Assembly: GCA_015523565.1 (NCBI GenBank)
Contig: WAKA01000148.1
Location: forward strand, 1 to 24,000
From: Candidatus Heimdallarchaeota archaeon
GTDB lineage: Archaea > Asgardarchaeota > Heimdallarchaeia > Heimdallarchaeales > Kariarchaeaceae
DNA: 24,000 bases
Reading direction: 5' to 3'
Below the pieces are notes generated by a model. The model had not been told where the DNA came from. It worked only from the letters and a program-made list of their open reading frames with translations, and searched no databases. A program made the position numbers and the translations under genes. Positions within the stretch are counted from its first letter, which is position 1. Each line of letters begins with the position of its first letter. Shown here piece after piece: positions 15,257 through 22,010 of the stretch.

Positions 15257-15303
15257 AAAAAGCTCACCACTATTCTATACTGATATAAGTCCGAGTTCTA
15301 GCG

Positions 15304-15310
15304 TATAAAA
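15304..15310 (-). promoter_or_regulatory. TATA box candidate for ppdK
   Basis: The minus strand reads TTTTATA about 48 nt upstream of the ATG at 15256, in the 87-nt gap after the coiled-coil gene. Confidence 0.4.
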
Positions 15311-15343
15311 ATTGTCCTGAATAATTGGAAATTTGTTCCTTTT

Positions 15344-16597
15344 TCAGGAAGAAGCACTGTTTTTTACAAATTCAGGGATTGGAGGAAGAGATTTGGTCAA
15401 TGTATGGCCTGTGTTTTGTTTGAGGCGTTCGGTAAGCTTTTCCACCTCGCCGATTATTTTTTCCGCTTCTCTCAGTTCTCTTTCTATTATTCGTTTCATA
15501 TCCCTTTTAATGCCCTCCAGCTTGTTCTGGAGTTTGTCTATCTTGCCTTGCAGGTCAAGATCCTTAAGTTCAGTGGCGATATTTTCTCTTTTTTGTTTTA
15601 GCTCCCTGCTTTGTTTCCAAATGGATTCAAGTTCTCCATCAATTAAGGAATTAAGATGCTTAATAGCGCTTTCTTTCTTGTCTCGTTTCATTTCTATTTC
15701 ATTACTTTCCAATAGCCTGAGAATATCTGAAAAGAGACTCTTCAGCCCATTTACGGAAGATTGGTTTGCAAATGCGGTGGCGGCATCGGTTACAATTTCT
15801 TTGGCAAGGGTCACGTCTATTTTTTTCTTGCTTTTGCTTGATTTGTTGATGAATTTTCGAAGGGCCTTCCTGATTTCTGAAAGGGAATTGTCAAGGTTCT
15901 TTTGCAAGTTTGAAAATGCGGCGTCGACTTCCTTTTTTTCAGAAAGCAATGGGGAATTTTTGAGTTCCATGATCTGGGAGGACACAGTCTCTGCCTCTTC
16001 ATTAAGCTTGGCAAGTCCTTCCTGTTGCATTTCAAGGTCTTCCAGAAGTTGAAGGTATCGTTTTTCAAGTTCAAGAATGTCGTCAAGTATCCAAAGCCCT
16101 TCCTCAATTGAAGCTTTGGTATTATATTTATTGATCAGGAATTTCCTAGTTTCATCAATATCTTTCAGAACACGAAGATACGCTTTGTTTAAGCTTTTAA
16201 CACGTTTTGCATATTTCCTGTCCAATAATTTGATATATTTGCTGAAGACATTTTTTTCCAGTGTCTCCAATTCTTTTTGGACACTGTCGATAAACCTATT
16301 GACTGATTGGAGGGTAATGTTTTGTGGAGTTTGGAGCAAATCAACAGTTTCAGCCACACCCTCGTAGATTTTATGGCTATATTTTTCAATTGCACTTGTC
16401 TCATTTGAGTCTGGGTTGGCAACTCGGAATTCTTCTGCAATTATTTTCATATCAGATAGATGTTTTTCAATATTTTTGAGAAATTTGTCCTTAACCTTTT
16501 TTCTTTCCTTGGAAAGGACAGTATCTGCTTCTTTTTCGATTTTTGCACGTAGTTCATCAATTTCTTCCTTTAATTCCGAGTTCGCCATTATTTGCAA
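15344..16597 (-). CDS. Long coiled-coil protein (K/E/L-rich, ~415 aa), unknown function
   Basis: Heptad-like K/E/L-rich sequence throughout (ELRAKIEKEADTVL..., LELEKRYLQLLEDLEMQQEGLAKLNEEAE..., KDLDLQGKIDKLQNKLEGIKRDMKRIIERELREAEKIIGEVEKLTERL). Start is TTG at 16597 or, more likely, ATG at 16588. It lies 48 nt downstream of the GTPase gene on the same strand. Confidence 0.8.
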   Translation of the reverse strand: MQIMANSELKEEIDELRAKIEKEADTVLSKERKKVKDKFLKNIEKHLSDMKIIAEEFRVANPDSNETSAIEKYSHKIYEGVAETVDLLQTPQNITLQSVNRFIDSVQKELETLEKNVFSKYIKLLDRKYAKRVKSLNKAYLRVLKDIDETRKFLINKYNTKASIEEGLWILDDILELEKRYLQLLEDLEMQQEGLAKLNEEAETVSSQIMELKNSPLLSEKKEVDAAFSNLQKNLDNSLSEIRKALRKFINKSSKSKKKIDVTLAKEIVTDAATAFANQSSVNGLKSLFSDILRLLESNEIEMKRDKKESAIKHLNSLIDGELESIWKQSRELKQKRENIATELKDLDLQGKIDKLQNKLEGIKRDMKRIIERELREAEKIIGEVEKLTERLKQNTGHTLTKSLPPIPEFVKNSASS

Positions 16598-16645
16598 TTA
16601 AATTCACATCTTTTTCTAATTTTGCATACGAATTCGTGTATTTAA

Positions 16646-17215
16646 CTATAGCTTGTTATACATGGTTCGCATGATTATTTCACGTGAAACTGCCTGAAAA
16701 GCTTGTTTGACCCCAACCCCCTTAATGGCAATTGTGTTGATGGCCAAAGTCTGTGGGTCAAAACCGAGTGCCTTGAGAAGTTCTTCACGGGGCATGGCAT
16801 TCGGCAAGTCACGTTTGTTCAGGACAATGACAAGAGGGATTTCAGTACCCAACTTCTCGCCCATGAATTCTCTAAGTTCCTCTGCCGCTTCAACATTGTG
16901 TTCAAGCATGTCAGGATTTGAATCTGCCACGAATACAATTCCGTCTACACCCCGAAGAATCATTTTCCTTTGATCCCTGTGTCTTCTTTGACCAGCCACG
17001 GTATATACATCGAAAAGGACATTGTTTGTCGCAGAAAAAGGTGAGAAATCAAAATAGACAGTACGTCCTGAAGGATCTGCAATTGAGGTCAGTCCACCCT
17101 TGATAAGCCCGTCAACTTGGTCATGAAGGTACTTCAACAGGGTTGTTTTCCCCGCCAGACTTGATCCAGTAAACACAATTTTAAAGTGAATTCGTCCCTT
17201 GGCATCCTTACGCAT
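16646..17215 (-). CDS. Small Ras-superfamily GTPase, MglA/Arf-like
   Basis: G1 GSSLAGKTT; G3 YTVAGQ (Thr in place of the usual Asp, as in MglA TVPGQ); G4 NKRD; G5-like AIKGVGV. A GGAGTG SD-like site lies 7 nt upstream of the ATG. Confidence 0.88.
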   Translation of the reverse strand: MRKDAKGRIHFKIVFTGSSLAGKTTLLKYLHDQVDGLIKGGLTSIADPSGRTVYFDFSPFSATNNVLFDVYTVAGQRRHRDQRKMILRGVDGIVFVADSNPDMLEHNVEAAEELREFMGEKLGTEIPLVIVLNKRDLPNAMPREELLKALGFDPQTLAINTIAIKGVGVKQAFQAVSREIIMRTMYNKL

Positions 17216-17346
17216 TTTTTTGCACTCCGTGAAGAATGGGATTCTTCTTATCCTTATTTGATGTTATCATAGTTAATACTTATGATTTACTTCTTCCACA
17301 TTTCACTGAATAAAAAAATGTAGAAATTTTGGGCGATTTGGCAAGT

Positions 17347-17667
17347 CTACACAGGATTGATCTTTTTATCCCTGATGGCGATGACAACATAGTCATCCTC
17401 TAGAGCCACCAATATTTCGCCCGTAGTGATATCGATAGTGAAAAAGTTGACATCACCCCTTCCAATTTGATTTACGGCATTTTGGGCACGACCAACCAAT
17501 GCACTGAAAAGAGCGGCAGTTTTTTCTGCATCAGTTGCTGAGAAAGTTCCATCCCTTGACCGGAATGTTAACGGAAAACCCTCGGAACTGGCAATCACTA
17601 CGGCATATACCCCCTTATGGCTCATCAGGGAATCCAGAATCTGTGTAAAATTACTTCTTGATAGCAT
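17347..17667 (-). CDS. Roadblock/LC7 (MglB-like) domain protein
   Basis: 106 aa. GVYAVVIASSEGFPLTF...AALFSALVGRAQNAVNQIGRGDVNFFTIDITTGEILVALEDDYVVIAI fits the Roadblock fold pattern. It lies immediately upstream of the GTPase, in the same order as bacterial mglB-mglA. Confidence 0.85.
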   Translation of the reverse strand: MLSRSNFTQILDSLMSHKGVYAVVIASSEGFPLTFRSRDGTFSATDAEKTAALFSALVGRAQNAVNQIGRGDVNFFTIDITTGEILVALEDDYVVIAIRDKKINPV

Positions 17668-17700
17668 CTGTATTCCTCAATATACGTTTAGTTATTTTAG

Positions 17701-17708
17701 TATTTATA
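17701..17708 (-). promoter_or_regulatory. TATA box for the Roadblock-GTPase(-coiled-coil) unit
   Basis: The minus strand reads AGTATAAATAC, 34 nt upstream of the ATG at 17667. Confidence 0.5.
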
Positions 17709-17748
17709 CTATCATCTGAAAACTAGACTATTTTTTAAAAATCGTTGA

Positions 17749-17964
17749 TTATTGTCGAACGGCAATATTTTCAATTTCTATGTTGAATTGATTTGCTTTC
17801 TTCAACAGGTCATTTTCAGTGCCTTCTTCAAGGACTACGGTATAGAGAGTCTTGGGAGTGCGAAGCTTGTATTTTATTTTATTTCCAGACCTCACTGCAA
17901 CGATACGGCTTGTCCTTTTGAACAAATCATCTGTCAACTCATCAGGAGAAATTTCTTTTGGCAT
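17749..17964 (-). CDS. rpl38e: Ribosomal protein eL38 (L38e)-like
   Basis: 71 aa, the same length as eukaryotic eL38. MP.. N-terminus. IKYKLRTPKTLYTVVL aligns with the human VKFKVRCSRYLYTLVI core recalled from memory. Confidence 0.6.
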   Translation of the reverse strand: MPKEISPDELTDDLFKRTSRIVAVRSGNKIKYKLRTPKTLYTVVLEEGTENDLLKKANQFNIEIENIAVRQ

Positions 17965-17984
17965 ATTCCAGTCTTGGAGTAACT

Positions 17985-17994
17985 AAAATAAAAA
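17985..17994 (-). promoter_or_regulatory. TATA-like box for the eL38-like gene (leaderless-type spacing)
   Basis: The minus strand reads TTTTTATTTT, centred about 26 nt upstream of the ATG at 17964. There is no SD-like site in between. Confidence 0.4.
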
Positions 17995-18089
17995 GCCTAA
18001 GTTAAGGCACAGGAAAGTGAAAAATCAAGTCAATAATTCGAAAAGAATTATAAGGACGAAAGGTGAAAAAAGAATGACAATAAAGAGTG

Positions 18090-18353
18090 ATGATTATGGC
18101 ACCATTTGGAAGCGCAATCAAAAACGGTTTAATGTTTACGATAACATCAATAATAGGAGCATACCTATTTGCATATTTTTTCTCATACGGATTATTATTC
18201 TTGTTTTATCGATTTAATCAAAACGACTATACCTTACACCCAACGGGCATTTTACTGATTTTTGCATCATTAATGTCAGCATTTTTATTGATTGGAATTC
18301 CGTTCTTTAAGTTCCTGTCAGATACAGTTGAAGACGGTTTGATTGAGTTTTAA
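18090..18353 (+). CDS. Small hydrophobic protein (about 87 aa, 2 predicted TM helices)
   Basis: Two long hydrophobic stretches (LMFTITSIIGAYLFAYFFSYGLLFLF and GILLIFASLMSAFLLIGIPFF). ATG at 18090 (GTG at 18087 in the track). Its stop overlaps the rpoD stop in convergent orientation. The competing ORF 18017-18217 looks less protein-like. Confidence 0.45.
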   Translation: MIMAPFGSAIKNGLMFTITSIIGAYLFAYFFSYGLLFLFYRFNQNDYTLHPTGILLIFASLMSAFLLIGIPFFKFLSDTVEDGLIEF

Positions 18354-19174
18354 CTTTCCTCATACATTACTTGCTGGAATTTCTCAATAAAATCATCTAT
18401 TTTTTTATCCAAGATTTCAGATGCTTTCAATACAATGTTTTCAGGGATTAATGCCCCAGTGCTTTCCAATTCAAATATGATAGTGTTTCTATCATATGTC
18501 ACCTCAACGTCACCCTCTTCAAATCCATTTGTGATACACTCGTCACAAATACCATCAAGGACGTTATTGACTTCAACTTTTTTTCCAGAAACATTGAAAT
18601 TCTGTTTTGGACAGCTTTTAAGCACTTTTTCATTGAATTTTGCCTTGGGGTTAATTTTGATTTTTGGCATGAATTTGAAGAAGAGTGTCCCTACAGGTTG
18701 CCATTTGGCATGCTCTCTACCTGTGCCGAATCTTGCAATTGCCTCCAGAATGAGCCGTTGGTCACGACCCATTTTCATGATCGGGATCTCGTCTTGGATG
18801 GGATATATGCGATGATCTAAAGGATCAAGATCCCTGCTATATACCATTTTTTCATGGTTCCTGTCAGTCTCTTGAGTCAAAGTCAGCGAGACTGTACACA
18901 TGTTACAGCCCTTTCCCTCACATGAAGGGCATTCTGATTGATAGAAAAGGTCATCTATTTCACTGTTCAGTGGAATCAAGCCCAGTCTATGGGCGATAAA
19001 CTCGTCAAAGATCGCAGTTGTGTTCTCAATCATGATGACATCTTCAATGGCAATAGTTGGCACGTCCAACAAGATGATTCTGCGTATTGCATTGACAAAA
19101 GCTGGAAAAGTGTTTTTGATGATGAATTTTAATGAGTCCCTGTCATCCACTTCAATTTTTTCAATCTCGATCAA
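18350..19174 (-). CDS. rpoD: DNA-directed RNA polymerase subunit D (Rpo3)
   Basis: FVNAIRRIILLDVPTIAIEDV, FIAHRLGLIPL, and the Cys cluster CPSCEGKGCNMC plus a later CPK...C..C typical of the archaeal subunit D Fe-S domain. TTG start, preceded by GGTGA 6 nt upstream. Confidence 0.9.
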   Translation of the reverse strand: MIEIEKIEVDDRDSLKFIIKNTFPAFVNAIRRIILLDVPTIAIEDVIMIENTTAIFDEFIAHRLGLIPLNSEIDDLFYQSECPSCEGKGCNMCTVSLTLTQETDRNHEKMVYSRDLDPLDHRIYPIQDEIPIMKMGRDQRLILEAIARFGTGREHAKWQPVGTLFFKFMPKIKINPKAKFNEKVLKSCPKQNFNVSGKKVEVNNVLDGICDECITNGFEEGDVEVTYDRNTIIFELESTGALIPENIVLKASEILDKKIDDFIEKFQQVMYEES

Positions 19175-19276
19175 GTACAGTCACCTAGTCCCTAAACCAC
19201 TAAGCTTCGTTTTCCTTTAAAGGAATGTCGATTCAGAACAGGGAGAAGAATTCTTGGGCGGTAAACTAAAAACGGG

Positions 19277-19288
19277 TTTATAAATACC
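19277..19288 (+). promoter_or_regulatory. TATA box (TTTATAAATACC) for the L18e-L13-S9 operon
   Basis: Strong archaeal TATA consensus 54 nt upstream of the ATG at 19342, in the divergent rpoD / rpl18e intergenic region. Confidence 0.55.
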
Positions 19289-19341
19289 AAAGACGCAGGG
19301 AGATTGAAGGAAGCCAATGGCTTCAAGGAAGTGAGTAACGA

Positions 19342-19701
19342 ATGGATCGGTTACCAGAAAATCCAGTTGTTGCGAGCCTGATCAAGGCGTTAAAGGTCGC
19401 TGCGAACAAGCATGAGGCTCCCATCTGGCGAACAATATCAAAGAAGCTCCAGAGACCCCGCCGCAGGAAAATTGTGGTCAATCTCAGCAAGATAGAGAGA
19501 TACACAAAAGATGGAGAAGCGGTCGTTGTGCCGGGAAAAGTTCTTGGTGCGGGTGAATTGACAAGACCAATCACAGTTGCTGCCGTGGCATTCAGCAAAT
19601 CAGCGGAAGAAAAAATCAAGGCAGCCAAAGGACAGGCCATTAGGATTATGGAATTAGTAGAACAAAATCCTAAAGGATCCAAAGTCAGGATAATTGCATA
19701 G
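19342..19701 (+). CDS. rpl18e: 50S ribosomal protein L18e
   Basis: 119 aa. NPVVASLIKALKVAANKHEAPIWRTISKKLQRPRRRK..VNLSKI...VVVPGKVLGAG is the typical L18e sequence. Confidence 0.9.
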   Translation: MDRLPENPVVASLIKALKVAANKHEAPIWRTISKKLQRPRRRKIVVNLSKIERYTKDGEAVVVPGKVLGAGELTRPITVAAVAFSKSAEEKIKAAKGQAIRIMELVEQNPKGSKVRIIA

Positions 19702-19712
19702 AGGTGAAATTT

Positions 19713-20153
19713 ATGGCTGAAAAGATATACATTGATGCAACTGGGCATGTACTTGGGAGACTTAGTTCTGCAATTGTTCCCCTCATCATGGGAGGAAAGG
19801 AAGTTGTCGTAGTCAATGCAGAAAAGGCAGTTGTAACAGGCAACCGCAGGTTTATTCTGAACAAGTATTTGACTTTGAGAAGAAAGAAAACCCTGACAAA
19901 TCCAAGAAGGGGACCATTCTTCCCCAGATTTCCTGACAGGATCCTGAGAAGGACAGTAAGGGGAATGTTGCCATATAAGACAACAAGTGGTCGAGAGGCA
20001 TTCAGGAGGCTTTCTGCATACATCGGCATTCCAGAGGAGTTGGAAGGCAAGGAATTCCAGACAGTTGACCATGCAAAGCTTCGAGAGACGGCACGACGGT
20101 TCATGACTCTCGAGGAGATTGGCCGAGAAATTGGCTGGAGACATGAAGGGTGA
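19713..20153 (+). CDS. rpl13: 50S ribosomal protein uL13
   Basis: IDATGHVLGRLSS..., VVVVNAEKAVVTG, RGMLP. I prefer the ATG at 19713, which is preceded by GAGGTGA at 19701-19707, over the GTG at 19704 used by the track. Confidence 0.9.
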   Translation: MAEKIYIDATGHVLGRLSSAIVPLIMGGKEVVVVNAEKAVVTGNRRFILNKYLTLRRKKTLTNPRRGPFFPRFPDRILRRTVRGMLPYKTTSGREAFRRLSAYIGIPEELEGKEFQTVDHAKLRETARRFMTLEEIGREIGWRHEG

Positions 20154-20157
20154 TTGA

Positions 20158-20589
20158 ATGGCTAAAAAAGGAGATAAGAAGAAAAAGATCATTCTTGCAT
20201 CTGGCAAAAGAAGAACTGCCGTTGCAAGAGTAAGAATCATGGAAACAACGACCAATCCACAATTTCGTGTCAATGGCACAAGAATTGAAGTATGGCCAAA
20301 CGAGTTTGCTAAAAAAGTCATGATGGAGCCTATCATTCTCCTTGGTGACCTTTATAAAAATAACTTGGACATCAAAGTCAAGGTCTTTGGAGGGGGTTGG
20401 ATGGGACAAGCAAGTGCGGTCAAGATTGCTTTGGCACGGGCTTTAAATGAATACTATAAGAGTGCGCAGGTCACCTCCCTGTTCAATGATTATGACAGAA
20501 CATGGCTTTCAGGGGATGTCAGAAGGACAGAACCTAAGAAAGCAGGAGGAAGAGGCGCAAGAGCAAGATTCCAGAAATCATATCGTTGA
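20158..20589 (+). CDS. rps9: 30S ribosomal protein uS9
   Basis: SGKRRTAVARVRI, KVKVFGGGWMGQASAVKIALARAL, C-terminal RRTEPKKAGGRGARARFQKSYR. GGTGAT lies 5 nt upstream of the ATG. Confidence 0.92.
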   Translation: MAKKGDKKKKIILASGKRRTAVARVRIMETTTNPQFRVNGTRIEVWPNEFAKKVMMEPIILLGDLYKNNLDIKVKVFGGGWMGQASAVKIALARALNEYYKSAQVTSLFNDYDRTWLSGDVRRTEPKKAGGRGARARFQKSYR

Positions 20590-20603
20590 TACAGTACAGC
20601 AAG

Positions 20604-20624
20604 TTTTTTCAGAACCTATTTTTT
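20604..20624 (+). terminator. Oligo-T terminator candidate after rps9
   Basis: Two T6 runs (20604-20609 and 20619-24) within the duplicated motif TTTTTTCAGA, 15-35 nt after the rps9 stop. Confidence 0.4.
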
Positions 20625-20634
20625 CAGATTTAAT

Positions 20635-21657
20635 GTGGACGAATTCATAATAGATGGCAATCAATATGAGGGGGGCGGATCAATTCTTCGTGTTGCAGTA
20701 CCTATTGCAGTTGCATTAGGCAGACCCGTAACAGTTTATAACATACGTAAAAAACGAAACAAGCCAGGATTGAGATTGCAACACCTTTTAGGGTTAAAAC
20801 TTATGCAAGATGTAGTTCAAGGAGAACTGGAAGGAGGAGATATTGGAAGTGAAAAAATCACCCTCATTCCAAGGGAATACAAGGAAAAAGAGCATGAACT
20901 ATCAATTCCAACCGCGGGAGCAATAACATTGGTAATGCAATTAGTGCAAAATTATGTGTCGGCAAGTGGCAATTCAGTTTCTTGCCGATTTATTGGCGGA
21001 GGAACACATACTGCATTTTCGCCTACTTGGGAAGAAATAAAATATGTAACTGCATTTTATTTCAGGAGATTTGGGATTGAATTTGAGATGAACTGCAATA
21101 GGGTTGGGTTTTTTCCCAAAGGAGGAGCACGAGGGTTTTTCAGGATTCAAAAATCGCATGGGCAGGCATCACCCGTTGTAATAGAAGAGGAAGAGCACAA
21201 TGGTAATGAGAAAATAGAGATAATTTCAATAAGTAGCCATAAACTCAAAAATGCAAAAGTTGCAGAAAGGCAGATAAAAGGTTTCAAGAAATTTTTCCCA
21301 GACACCATAGACCATGTGAAATATGTCAATTCAGATCCAGGAAGTGCTATAATTGCCATATTCCAAGGGAAATACAAAAAGGGATACAGTTCCCTTGGAG
21401 AAAGAGGAATAAGAGCAGAAGAAGTGGGAAAGAGTTTAGCGAAAAGAATGCAAGGGGATTATCGCAACAATGCACTGGATATGTTTGTAAGTGACCAAAT
21501 ATTGGTTCCCCTTGCATTTTCCCCAAAGGGAAGTAAAGCGAGAGTCATATTGACGGATCACGTCAGGGCAAACCTGTCAGTAATTAATGACATGCTTGAC
21601 GAAAGACTTGCCGTAAAAGAGATAACCTCAACAATTGTGGAAGTTGAAAGAATTTAG
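20635..21657 (+). CDS. rtcA: RNA 3'-terminal phosphate cyclase
   Basis: N-terminal IDGNQYEGGGSILRVAVPIAVALGRPVTVYNIR..RNKPGLRLQH, GGGTHTAFSP, FFPKGGA, VSDQILVPLA, and TDHVRAN aligning with the catalytic-His segment of E. coli RtcA (SCHLLTN, from memory). GTG start. Confidence 0.9.
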   Translation: MDEFIIDGNQYEGGGSILRVAVPIAVALGRPVTVYNIRKKRNKPGLRLQHLLGLKLMQDVVQGELEGGDIGSEKITLIPREYKEKEHELSIPTAGAITLVMQLVQNYVSASGNSVSCRFIGGGTHTAFSPTWEEIKYVTAFYFRRFGIEFEMNCNRVGFFPKGGARGFFRIQKSHGQASPVVIEEEEHNGNEKIEIISISSHKLKNAKVAERQIKGFKKFFPDTIDHVKYVNSDPGSAIIAIFQGKYKKGYSSLGERGIRAEEVGKSLAKRMQGDYRNNALDMFVSDQILVPLAFSPKGSKARVILTDHVRANLSVINDMLDERLAVKEITSTIVEVERI

Positions 21658-21950
21658 GCTTTCAGGTCATAGATTGGAAGAGAAATATTGGTCCTTGAAT
21701 CAATGTACCTTTTGAATTTCAAGAGAGAGGCTTCAGAACCATGTGCCACTTTCAGCATTTTGTAGAAATCACATGTCAAACAATTTCCTTGGCTTTTTCC
21801 AAATACAATTGGATTACAGTATGTTCCAGCAACATAAGCGCAAGCACGACCTGCGTTTTTACCACCCAAAAAGCCGTCAGCAGGAGTAAATTTGGCGGCG
21901 GGACAATTCTTTTCTCTTCCACATTTTTTGAATTCCCAGCAATTTAACAT
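21654..21950 (-). CDS. Small Cys-rich protein, two-CW-domain-like
   Basis: 98 aa. MLNCWEFKKCGREKNCPAA...GGKNAGRACAYVAGTYC....GNCLTCDFY matches the remembered two-CW pattern (CWEF.KCGRE..CPA...GG.NAGR.CW..AGT.C). The second CW is replaced by CA. There are 8 Cys in the first 63 residues. Confidence 0.7.
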   Translation of the reverse strand: MLNCWEFKKCGREKNCPAAKFTPADGFLGGKNAGRACAYVAGTYCNPIVFGKSQGNCLTCDFYKMLKVAHGSEASLLKFKRYIDSRTNISLPIYDLKA

Positions 21951-22010
21951 GATAAATAATAGGGAAATTAAATAAAAATTCTTTTCTGAAGTAGATTTTA
22001 GGAATTTATT

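Noticed and set aside
12478-15308. Many 60-215-aa ORFs inside the ppdK region on both strands (e.g. 13202-13849, 13446-13964, 14350-14937, 14753-15241 and 14805-15308)
   Set aside because: All overlap the 941-aa PPDK reading frame, which carries unambiguous family motifs along its whole length. None has motifs of its own.
15333-16052. 239-aa Ser/Leu/Phe-rich ORF on the plus strand (plus 15404-15601, 16077-16367 and 16416-16601)
   Set aside because: It is antisense to the K/E/L-rich coiled-coil gene. Reverse-complemented AAR/GAR/CTN codons automatically give S/L/F-rich open frames.
18087-18093. GTGATGA as a C box of a C/D-box sRNA
   Set aside because: There is no D box (CTGA) at a suitable distance and no terminal stem. 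The sequence coincides with the start region of a hydrophobic small ORF.
19323-20336. 337-aa ORF on the minus strand
   Set aside because: It is entirely antisense to the well-supported rpl18e-rpl13-rps9 genes. It has a Cys/Ser/Leu-rich, low-complexity-like composition and no motif. It is a typical shadow ORF.
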